This document shows positions 52,942-64,000 of a stretch of DNA of 64,000 nucleotides, piece by piece. The position numbers and the translations under genes are program-made. Source of the DNA: Eledone cirrhosa. Taxonomy: Eukaryota. Location: contig CAXHJY010001746.1 of the NCBI GenBank assembly GCA_964016885.1, positions 1,503 through 65,502 on the forward strand, written 5' to 3'. The notes under the pieces were generated by a model. The model worked only from the letters and a program-made list of their open reading frames with translations, did not search any database and was not told where the DNA came from. Numbering within the stretch: the stretch's first letter is position 1; each line of letters begins with the position of its first letter.

Positions 52942-53730
52942 ATCCCTGTTCTATATGTGTATGTACGTATGTGTGTATGTACATATATGTGTATGTAAGT
53001 GTACGTGGCGTTGCAAGTTCGGTTTTCGTAAGTGTCCGTGTGAGAATTTTCACATGAACAAGCATGTGTCCTGATGTATATGTGCCAATCGTTATTATGA
53101 TGGTATATGGTATGTGTTTTTAATATATATGTATGTATATCCCTGTTCTATATGTGTATGTACGTATGTGTGTATGTACATATATGTGTATGTAAGTGTA
53201 CGTGGCGTTGCAAGTTCGGTTTTCGTAAGTGTCCGTGTGAGAATTTTCACATGAACAAGCATGTGTCCTGATGTATATGTGCCAATCGTTATTATGATGG
53301 TATATGGTATGTGTTTTTAATATATATGTATGTATATCCCTGTTCTATATGTGTATGTACGTATGTGTGTATGTACATATATGTGTATGTAAGTGTACGT
53401 GGCGTTGCAAGTTCGGTTTTCGTAAGTGTCCGTGTGAGAATTTTCACATGAACAAGCATGTGTCCTGATGTATATGTGCCAATCGTTATTATGATGGTAT
53501 ATGGTATGTGTTTTTAATATATATGTATGTATATCCCTGTTCTATATGTGTATGTACGTATGTGTGTATGTACATATATGTGTATGTAAGTGTACGTGGC
53601 GTTGCAAGTTCGGTTTTCGTAAGTGTCCGTGTGAGAATTTTCACATGAACAAGCATGTGTCCTGATGTATATGTGCCAATCGTTATTATGATGGTATATG
53701 GTATGTGTTTTTAATATATATGTATGTATA
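52942..53730. repeat. Four near-identical 197-bp tandem units
   Basis: atccctgttctatatgtg... recurs at about 52942, 53139, 53336 and 53533. Confidence 0.93.
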
Positions 53731-53754
53731 TTTACATAGAAGTGAGTAAGTATG

Positions 53755-53816
<62 letters not shown>

Positions 53817-53922
53817 TAAAAGGAATTCCAACTTTGTCTGATTTACTCGTTTTATTTACAATCCTTTAAAATTTTATAATGGTATTAGAATGAAATAGTA
53901 TGGTAGAATATAAAATGTTAAT

Positions 53923-53961
53923 TGAACAAGTACTTTCATGCTTTCGCAATCTTCAGGTTCA
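53923..53961 (-). ncRNA. Minimal hammerhead ribozyme
   Basis: On the - strand: TGAAC-CTGAAGA-tTGC gaaa GCAt-GAAA, palindromic AGTACT, triplet CUU, then GTTCA; 5-bp stem I and GAAA-tetraloop stem II. Confidence 0.75.
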
Positions 53962-54635
53962 TATTCTTTGGTGACAGTCAAGTTTGCAATTTTCAACTGT
54001 AATGAGATGGGTAAATTTTGTGCCTTATATACAGTGAAAAGTGGCTACAGAATGCAAACTGTATTTCGACCAATCGGTGTGTAGTTTCACTGGATTACTA
54101 AAGCTGATTGGTTTAGGCGTCACGGTTGGTTGAGCATGTCTAACGACTACTATTTGACCCTATCCAAAGCATCAATTATTTTGTTATTTTTAGAAATGAT
54201 GAAAATAGCATTTTCTAGTAATCATCACCATCAACATCACTTTTATTATTATTATTGTTGTTAGTGGTAGTAGTCGACATGGTCGTAATCATAGTAGGAG
54301 TAATACCCCATTATTATTGTTCATTTAGCTTGGGTTGGAATTTATCAATAACATTTTTTCTTTGATTTTTCTCTTGATTTCACTTGGGGCTGTGTAATTT
54401 GTAGAATGGAAATATTATAAATATTCTCTAACCACATGTTGCTAGATGGTTACTCAGGGGGGTATCTGACGGACATTTGGGTCTCTGATTTGCTGTCGGT
54501 GCACCCGTGCACGTTCCGATATATATATATATCGACATTCGTCAAATCGGAGCGAGGAAACAATGTCTCCATTGGTCTTTCCAATTGCTAATACTATCTA
54601 TCGGTCGAAACTCCAGGTAAAAGTACACATACACG

Positions 54636-54667
<32 letters not shown>

Positions 54668-55413
54668 ATGTGTGAAATCCTTGTTACAGTTAGGTATATT
54701 TGAAAAGAGGAAAAGAATGACTTCATTTGTAGTTCTAAATCATAATATAAAATTAAATCAAATTGTTGAGAACTACAAGTCAAGTCATTATTTTCCTTTT
54801 TTCAAATATATATACATATATATGTATATATGAAAATATGAGTATAAGAAATAAAGGTGAGTATAAGAAATAAAGATCTAAAGACGAGTGAAAACTTTCA
54901 TCAACAAAATCGTAATGTACACCAACGAAAATATGTCTACAGAATACAGATTAGTAAAATAAAGTTAGAGAAAATAAATGAGAGGTCACTTAACTTTACA
55001 TATTTAGTTTTATTTATATCGTGAAAAATGTTGATCTTCAGATATTAAATTGTGGATGTGATTGTCTTTGTCTTTCTTTAAACATTGTCTTTTTTTCATT
55101 TCATATCATATCATATCATATAGTAACGTACCGTACTGCCAGCTCTTAAATATCACTGGAATTCTATAAGAATCCACCTTCTATAAATCTCGACAGATGC
55201 AATGGAGTATGTAGTCTTGATAAACGCTAACAAGCTAGAAACAGATTGTCGATCACTCTTCTTTGTTTTTGCCGAGAATAAGTAAGTGACATAGTTACTA
55301 CTTTAAAGCTCATAGCGAATGGTCTTCAAAATGTTTTTAATTAAACATACAGTATATTGCCAAATATACTATACATACATTCATGTATACATCACTATTT
55401 CAGATCACCAATA

Positions 55414-56649
<1,236 letters not shown>

Positions 56650-56674
56650 TATCGGTGATCTGAAATAGCGATGT

Positions 56675-56734
<60 letters not shown>

Positions 56735-58548
56735 TTATGTATAATAATATTGTTTTCAATATATATATATATATAAAGAATGAATAATAACAGGTAGACA
56801 TCATAAAAAGGTAATTTATTCCGTGTGCTTACAAATGTTTCCACGGTGGTAATACGGCCTAGTTATGCTATGTGCAAATTTACAATTATTTGCAGAACTC
56901 AAATATCAAATGTTGTGACCACTGTATCCTCAGAGCAGAATGGTTAAAATGTACAATGTAAATACCCTTAAGTGAGGTTATTGGAGAAGATAGAGTAGAA
57001 AAGGAAGAGAGAAAAGTAGGGGAGAGGGAGAGAGAGAAAGATATGTAGGGGTTGGAGAAATAGGAGAGAGTGGTTTGTAGATATCTTAATCAAAATGTTA
57101 TGGTAGAGGTTTTATTATACTGGTTACTTTTAGAGAGATAGTCAAGGTTGGAATTATTTATTGCCCCAGAGGGCAGGTTCATAGATGTGGCGAGGGAGGT
57201 AGGCCAAAGGCGAGAGAGAGAGAGTGGAATGGATATAGAGGGAGAGATAGAGAGGGGACAGACGAAGTCTATGGGGTGGGTGAACTTTGGGTTCGTAGTA
57301 GTATGCGAATTGCACTGAGTTACCATTTATAGTGATAAGTAGGGTATTGTCTTGTAGTGTGGGGGAAGAGAAGGTGGTTAGCTAGAAAGCGATGTTATAG
57401 TTACGGGTTCGAATGTTGTTATTTTATAGTGAGAGAATTTAGCTTTTAGTTTGTGGTTGCAGTATAATGATCGTTCGATTCTATCGTTAAGTAGTTTATT
57501 TTTGGATTTTAATATGTAAAAGAGTTCAAGGTTACATAACCTACAGTACTTCAATCCACTCCGATATGCACTTGCACTGGAAAGTATATCCCATTTTAAG
57601 GTGAACTGTTGGTTGCGTTCACGGAGTTGCCAGGTCTTGTTGGCGAGCGTGGTCACAAAACGGTGATCAGGATGTTTGATTGAGAATCGATGACGGTACC
57701 AGCGAGATTTAAACGAGGTGGTGGTAGATCCGATATAGTACCATTTCTGGTCGTTCGATTCAACCGTGGTAAACAATGTTGGACTTTAGGCATTCATTCT
57801 TCAATGGACATCTTTCAGGTAGATGGCAGTTACATTCTTTGTTGTGGGTAGCGGGTATACCATGGATAGGTTGTGACAGCAGTACAGGTGGGTTGTGTAA
57901 TACCCGTCTCCTATTTAGTGGTTGGGAGGCAGATATTACGTTCTGCCCATCTGTTACCAAAATATTTAGTTTTGTAGTGTTGTTTAATTGTTTTAAGTTA
58001 AGTTTTTTATGTATGCTTCAAGGTTTGGTGCCGTGGAGTATGATAGTCTAATAGTTTTAGAGTTCAGAATTTTACTAGATAAATGCTTGTTGATTAACTT
58101 AAAGAATGAAAGAGATAGTTTTGTACTAATCGAGGCATTAAAAATAGGATTATACCAGATATACTTTCTACAACGTGATTTTCTATTATTAGTATGTCTG
58201 GTGGTACTGTGTGTGTCCGCATGTATTTTCGTCCCCGGTTACGTATTCCTTGATTTCGTGTAGAGCTATGTGTGTTATGGAGATTCTTATCAATGTATTC
58301 TATTGTATCCCGGTGGTCGGCATTCCTTAATGCATTATTATAGTATTCAGCGTGTTCACTAAAAATTTCAGAGTCAGACGATAGGCGAGAGATTCTAAGA
58401 GAAATACTACGGGGAACCGATTTGATAATGGAGAGTGGGTGGTTAGAGTTAAAGTTGATATACGTAAGGTTCTCATTTATCTTGTGGAAGGGTCATATCA
58501 GTCCGGTATTTAAATTAAGAGTTACGTCCAGAAAATTTACTACTTTTA
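56735..58548 (-). mobile_element. 5'-truncated Penelope-like element (RT thumb, Cys linker, GIY-YIG endonuclease, pLTR)
   Basis: The - strand encodes VNFLDVTLNL...YINFNSNHPLSII, CNCHLPERCPLKNECLKSNIVY, YYIGSTTTSFKSRW...H, CRLCNLELFYI...LLN; frameshifted; hammerhead in the 3' pLTR. Confidence 0.92.
56826..56937 (-). ncRNA. Hammerhead ribozyme with extended stem II in the 3' pLTR of a Penelope element
   Basis: On the - strand: TGCT-CTGAGGA-TACAGTGGT...ACCACCGTG-GAAA-CATTTG-TA-AGCA; downstream of the GIY-YIG ORF on the same strand. Confidence 0.72.
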
Positions 58549-58740
58549 TATATATGTGTGTGCATACATGCATATATACATACGGTTTTATTCGTACATA
58601 AACGTCTCTCTTATTCATTATATTGAAACTCCAGTTGATACATTACCGAGAAAACCCTAAGCAATACAAATCGTAGAGTGCGTTACGGTTGTTTACAAAA
58701 AGGTCGGCCGATTATACGATCAACCAACTTTTATCATCTG

Positions 58741-58782
<42 letters not shown>

Positions 58783-60032
58783 GAGGGGGGGGGGGGCATA
58801 TGTATTGCGTCAATGTAAAATACTGATTTCATTTATTGGCCACAAGGGCCGACATATAGGGGACAATACAAAAGACTGGGATAGAGGGGGGGGGGGGGTT
58901 ACATAAACAACGTGTAAACAATAACAAAGTAACAAGAAAAATTCCCTAATAGGGGGCATGATCACCCAGGGTTCACTTAGGTACCCCACCAATCCTGAAC
59001 GAACCGACGCTTCGAGAGCACCAGGGAAGGGCACCCCTCTCCTCCTCAATTTCACCCACCTACAGGCGCATGATCAGAGTAGGCCCACTCACACGGGCCA
59101 TTCTCGCCACATTCACCCACCTTTCAGTAAATGTACTAGGGGGGGGGGGGGAGAAGAAGCACTTCTCTCTCCACCCTCACCTTCCTTCCCAAGTGAAACT
59201 TAAAAAAGTTGATGAGGGATTGGTCGAAGAGAAAAGTGTCTGTCTTCAGTCCTTTCAACCTGGTCAATGTAAAATAATAAACACTATAAGTCCTTGTAAG
59301 TTTTCCTGTTTAATAAAATGAAATAAAATTATATACGAGCTGTGTTCATATTATTTTTTTGCTGGAGGCGTTTACAAGGAGATAACGTTTTAAATAGCGT
59401 CGTGAAGAGGTCGAATTAAAGTAGCGAGATGTTCCTAAAAAATAAAGACGTTTAAATAGATTTAAAGACTCGAAATGAAAAAATAAATGAAGAAAAAAGT
59501 CGTAGTATATCGATTAAAAATCTATATTTCAATTGCAATAATTTAAAAAAATCACTTTAAAATCATAATTAAGAATCGAACCATTGACTATTGTATTTAA
59601 AATATCAAATATACAAACTTAGGTCAGATTTGAACACGCGATCATGGTATTTAAAATATCGATATACAATCTTAGGTCAGATTTGAACACGCGATCAGAG
59701 TATTTAAAATTAAAATTCGAAACCAGACTAAAATTTTAGATATTCAAAGTTGTAAATACAATGGTCGCAGGTTCGAATCTTAAAAAATCCAAAACTTGGC
59801 TGAGAATCGAACCTGCGACCATTCTATTCACAATATTGAAAAAGGAAAAAATTTGAAATTTTTCAAATTTGCCCTTTATTTGATATACAATGGTCGCAGG
59901 TTCGAATCTTACCAAATCCCAAACTTAGCTGAGACGCGAAACTGCGACCACGCTATTTACAATATTGAAAAAGGAAAATATTTGAAATTTTCCAAATTTT
60001 ATCTTTTTCGATGTTGACCCCCCCCCCCCATT

Positions 60033-60084
<52 letters not shown>

Positions 60085-60273
60085 GAACGTACAACATCGC
60101 TATATAAATCTGTTTTTATTTGTTAATAATTACATAAATGTAATTCTAGAAACCCTGCTAAGGATTGAAACCCTGACTACACATTTACAGCAACAACAAC
60201 GACATAGCAATTTCCGGTTTAAAATAACCTTGTGTAATTTTTTGTAGAGATTGAAACCCTGTCACTTTTTAGG

Positions 60274-60305
60274 CTTTCCAATTAACACTGTATATAAATA
60301 GCAGT
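60274..60305 (+). promoter_or_regulatory. Conserved upstream element plus TATA box, copy A
   Basis: CTTTCCAATTAACActGTATATAAAtaGCAGT, shared with CTTTCCAGTTAACAtgGTATATAAAagGCAGT at 63637-63668. Confidence 0.5.
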
Positions 60306-60318
60306 TTGTTCTAACTTC

Positions 60319-60413
60319 ACACGTGATGTTCACCGTTGTCGAGTACTTACCACCACTCATGTTAAACGCTCTGTCAGTTGGAATTGTGCAGCGATGAAAG
60401 GTCGTGTTTTTTT
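60319..60413 (+). ncRNA. Candidate small structured ncRNA, copy A (unidentified)
   Basis: TATATAAA at 60291; terminal stem ACACG/CGTGT; internal stem TTCACCGTTGT/GCAGCGATGAA; ends in T7; paralogous to 63683-63783. Confidence 0.45.
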
Positions 60414-63400
60414 CAACCTCTTACAACAAACATATTTTATCCATTAGAGAAAGAATTAAATCGGGAATGTCAGTTTTTGAAAAGGACATTTTATTTCATT
60501 TGAGTATTCAACGACAATACATTGTATTGAAAGGAGAAATTAATTGGAAAGGAACTTTTACAGAGACCTCTTAGAATATTTTGGTGGGATGTAAGACACC
60601 CTTATTTTCAAGAACATAAATACGAAATGAAAAATTAATTGAAACGGACACATAGATTTTAAGATATGTTTATTTTCAAGAAAAAATGATTGCGGAAGTG
60701 TAAATATGTAGATATCCTTGTTCATGGTTTGTGTATATATGTATTCTTTAATTATATTCGTAGCTTTAATGCAGAGGGTAGAAGCTGGTTTTGACATCGT
60801 ATTTTCAGGTAAAAATATGCTTCGTATTCCCCACCCCACACAAAAATATATTGGGAATATGTATGTTTTAATTGAAAGGTGGCTAACCATGTTAAAGACG
60901 ATAGGAATAAAACATTCCTTTACCTGCAGAAAATTTAAAATTTTCGATATATATATATATGCGACACCAGGTCGAGTATTCCGTACGGCTTCCGCAAGGA
61001 CACAGAAGCCATTGAAGGAATCCAGAGAAGGAAAAAAAAATAAAACAAGAATTAAGAAAAATTGCAGTTTTATAAAGGGAAGACATGATAGAAATATTTA
61101 AAATAATTATTTCTACTTTTGGCTCAAGGCCAGCAATTACCCCAGTGTATTTAAATAAGAAGAGGACACCATTATACTGTTTATAAGATACAATAGTTTA
61201 AAGACATCAGGAAACCTTTTTTCTTGTATTATCGGTGGAGGGTGGGAGGCCATGCTTTCCAGCATAGTTACGTCCCTTTACGGTCTGAGCTAAAACCCCG
61301 CCGAGGTTAACTTTGCCTTTCATCCTTACGGGGTCGATAAAATAAAGTACCAGTAATGCACTGGGTGATTGCTGGCCTTGTGCCAAAAGTAGAAACAATT
61401 ATTAGTGAATGGAATAGTTTAAATCGTGAAGGTGACACAACAGTAAATAATCATAAAAAGATGACAGACGAAGTGCTAATGAATAGATTGAAATATTTGT
61501 GATGCTGAGTAAAAGTGAGCTGGAAGCATTGTAGTGAATTTGAACTTGCTATGGCAAATCTTTCATTATTGTATTACACAGCAAATCTTTCATTATTGTA
61601 TTTAGTTACGTTCGTTAAAGATTTAATTTACTAAATACTTTCGATGTGTGTTTGTAGTTGGCTAAATATAAACTTTAAAATTATTTCATTATGTCTGTCT
61701 TCCAAATTCATGTTACAGTATAATATCAATCGAGATAATGTCATAGATTTTCTACATGATCGTAATGTCATTTCTAAATCTACAAATTACTAGAAAAGGT
61801 AAAAAAATAAACAGAACACAAAATCGTAATGTATACCTTTGAAAGTATATCTGGATGAAATCTGTATTATTATTATTATAAGTAAGTTTTGAGGAAACTA
61901 ATCGGATGTGAGAGGAGGGGCATTAAACTATATTTATGTCGTGAAAAATGTGTGGCTGAGATTCTTTCTGCCATCGAGTGTTTCTTTGAACGTCATTTTA
62001 AAATATTTGTCTCTTTAAAGATGGATTATCTTTTGTAAAACTAATTTGAGATTATTCGTGGCTGGTCTGTGTGGTTTGTTTTGATGCAGCATCTCTGTCT
62101 CGTAGACAGGTGAAATTTGATCAAGTGGAACATGAGTCTTGAAATTGAAATATTGCGGTATTACGGTAGATGTCCTGATGTCTCCTGTTTGTAAAGTAAT
62201 CCAAAAATCAAAAGACGACGTCCACTAAACCTTGGTAATAATTCAGTTTCGCCGTAGCCGCCATTTATAATAGAAAATGGTAAACAAAAGACACACTGAG
62301 CAGTTAATGTATTGAAAATCACAAAAATAAAACTACTGAATAAAAATGTCTTACTTTAATTATTTAATTTGTTTTGTTTTCTTTATTGCTAACACGAAAT
62401 TGAATTAAAATTTTATATATATATATATATATATACTCATTGTCTATAACTAAGGCAAAAGTCAGAAATTTACAGTGAGGATTCGATCGATTAAATTAAT
62501 CCCAGAATGTGACTGGTACTATATTTTATCTATCCCCAAATAAAAAATTTAAAATTAATTAGGGCCAGATTTTCACTGAGATGAGGACACAAAAAGGTGA
62601 CATTAAAAAAATGCGGTGTTAATATTTTATTTAGTTACAAAGTCTTGTGAGACTCGGTAGTTTAGTAAAGTATTTAACGTAGTTTGTGGTGCTGTCAGGA
62701 GTTCAATCTTTAGCTGGAGACAGAATTTCTTTTACTAACGAACGAAAAACAAAAGCATATACATATAGCTATTTAGTTCAAATTGTGTAAAATTACTGCA
62801 AAACATATTGTAGGTTCAGATCTTACATTGGTAAATATGTTATCTCCATAGGAATCGGGTTCAAACATTTACGGACATATCGTACGAGGTGGGAATAATT
62901 CACATACACACGAACCCGGTATGATAGATTTAAAGTTAGTAAACATTGTTGTAGACGGAGACATTGTAGGTTCAAATCAACTGTAGAGCGATAAGAAAGA
63001 AAGTGAAGATTTAATTTATCAAAGACCAAGGAGGATGAAAGACAAAGTCGACCCTTTTGAGTAGCAATAACATTGAGTAAGGCATGAACGCCACGACGTG
63101 AATGTTGCTTGGAAATACAAAAGTAGGTTTATATATATGAATTTTCTTAGTATTTTTAGAGTGGTCTCTGTGGCCTAGTGGTAAGAATGAGACGGTGGAG
63201 TTTGGTGTTCGATCTCGGTCAAGATTAAAGACGTCTTTTTTTAAAATTTTATCTAATAAGAAATGAAAAAAAATCGGTGTAGTTCCTGGCCGAGATTGAA
63301 CCCCAGACCAGGATCTCCATCGTCTCTAACAGCTACCATGGAGACAACCACAAAAGTAATATGAAAATTAATATTTATAAACCTACTTTTCTATTTCTAA

Positions 63401-63636
63401 TTAAACTTGATGTAGTGGCCTTCCTGTCTTTCTCAATGCTATTCGTACTACAAACGGTCATCCTTGTATTTTATTCAGCTGGGGATTGAAATCCCCAGCT
63501 GAATAAAATACAAGGATGACCCCAGCTGAATAAAATACAAGGAAACCTACCTTGTATTTCCAAGTCTAGTCGTCACTCCATGAATTCGGACTCGGACAAT
63601 ATTGATAAGGAGAGAGTGTATCCATACTTGGCAAGT

Positions 63637-63668
63637 CTTTCCAGTTAACATGGTATATAAAAGGCAGT
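63637..63668 (+). promoter_or_regulatory. Conserved upstream element plus TATA box, copy B
   Basis: Same CTTTCCArTTAACA-nn-GTATATAAA-nn-GCAGT block as 60274-60305; in both copies the A of a TCA lies 28-29 nt after the TATA start. Confidence 0.5.
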
Positions 63669-63682
63669 AAGAGATGACCATC

Positions 63683-63783
63683 ACTAAACACGTGATGCTC
63701 ACTGTTGCCGAGTACTTGTCACTACTACGAACGACATTGTCAGTTAGCCTTCTGTAGCCAGGGAAGAAGGCCGTGGTCTTTTT
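63683..63783 (+). ncRNA. Candidate small structured ncRNA, copy B (unidentified)
   Basis: TATATAAA at 63654; 33/39 identity to copy A over the 5' core (all differences are transitions); CACG/CGTG terminal stem; ends in T5. Confidence 0.45.
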
Positions 63784-64000
63784 CTCCTATCACATACATG
63801 TGTTCATGGCTTTCTCAGACTTATTAATATCACAAATGAGTCGACTTGGTTTTTACTTTTTAAGAAAATATATCATGACTTTTATTCTTATCTCTTTAGG
63901 TTTATTTCATCCAACGACCAGCTGATATCCAGTGATGTCCTTCAACTGTCACACCTTAGTGAGTAAATGGCAACCTGGAAATATTGTTTCTAAACAGGCA

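Noticed and set aside
55212-55253. Hammerhead-like gtc-TTGATAA...GAAACAGATTGTC-gat
   Set aside because: The catalytic core has two substitutions relative to CUGANGA; at best a dead copy.
59205-59275. Hammerhead-like TTGATGA-stem-...GTC; also CTGATGA at 45578 and CTGACGG at about 54466
   Set aside because: The GAAA box or the CUGANGA core is missing or mutated, and stem I does not pair.
60520-60545. TTGTATTGAAAGGAGA resembles the 5' end of U6atac
   Set aside because: The similarity stops after about 16 nt, with no downstream U6atac stem-loop sequence.

Overview
Eukaryotic, AT-rich, microsatellite-saturated genomic window. The SINE, RTE and Penelope repeat content resembles an octopus/coleoid cephalopod genome (inference). 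The only host protein-coding gene I can support is the 3' part of an SH2B/Lnk/APS-family adaptor on the + strand. It has six phase-consistent exons from 9173 to 26635 (end of the PH domain, linker, split SH2 domain, C-terminal [10 protein letters not shown] motif); its 5' exons presumably lie upstream of the window. Most long ORFs in the track are translated microsatellites or minisatellites. The rest is TE debris: RTE, CR1 and Penelope (GIY-YIG) retroelements, tRNA-derived SINEs, a Tc1/mariner deletion derivative and piggyBac-like MITEs. The most notable patterns are: (1) at least nine mutually dissimilar type I hammerhead ribozymes, next to (TA)n tracts or Penelope 3' ends, three of them inside 200-400 bp DNA palindromes; (2) two paralogous ~95-100 nt units with a TATA box, a foldable body and a terminal oligo(T) at about 60.3 kb and 63.7 kb, matching no ncRNA I recognise; (3) SH2B splice sites that have been tandemly copied into intronic repeats; (4) minisatellites that arose from TE interiors, including a 6.6-kb array derived from RTE coding sequence.
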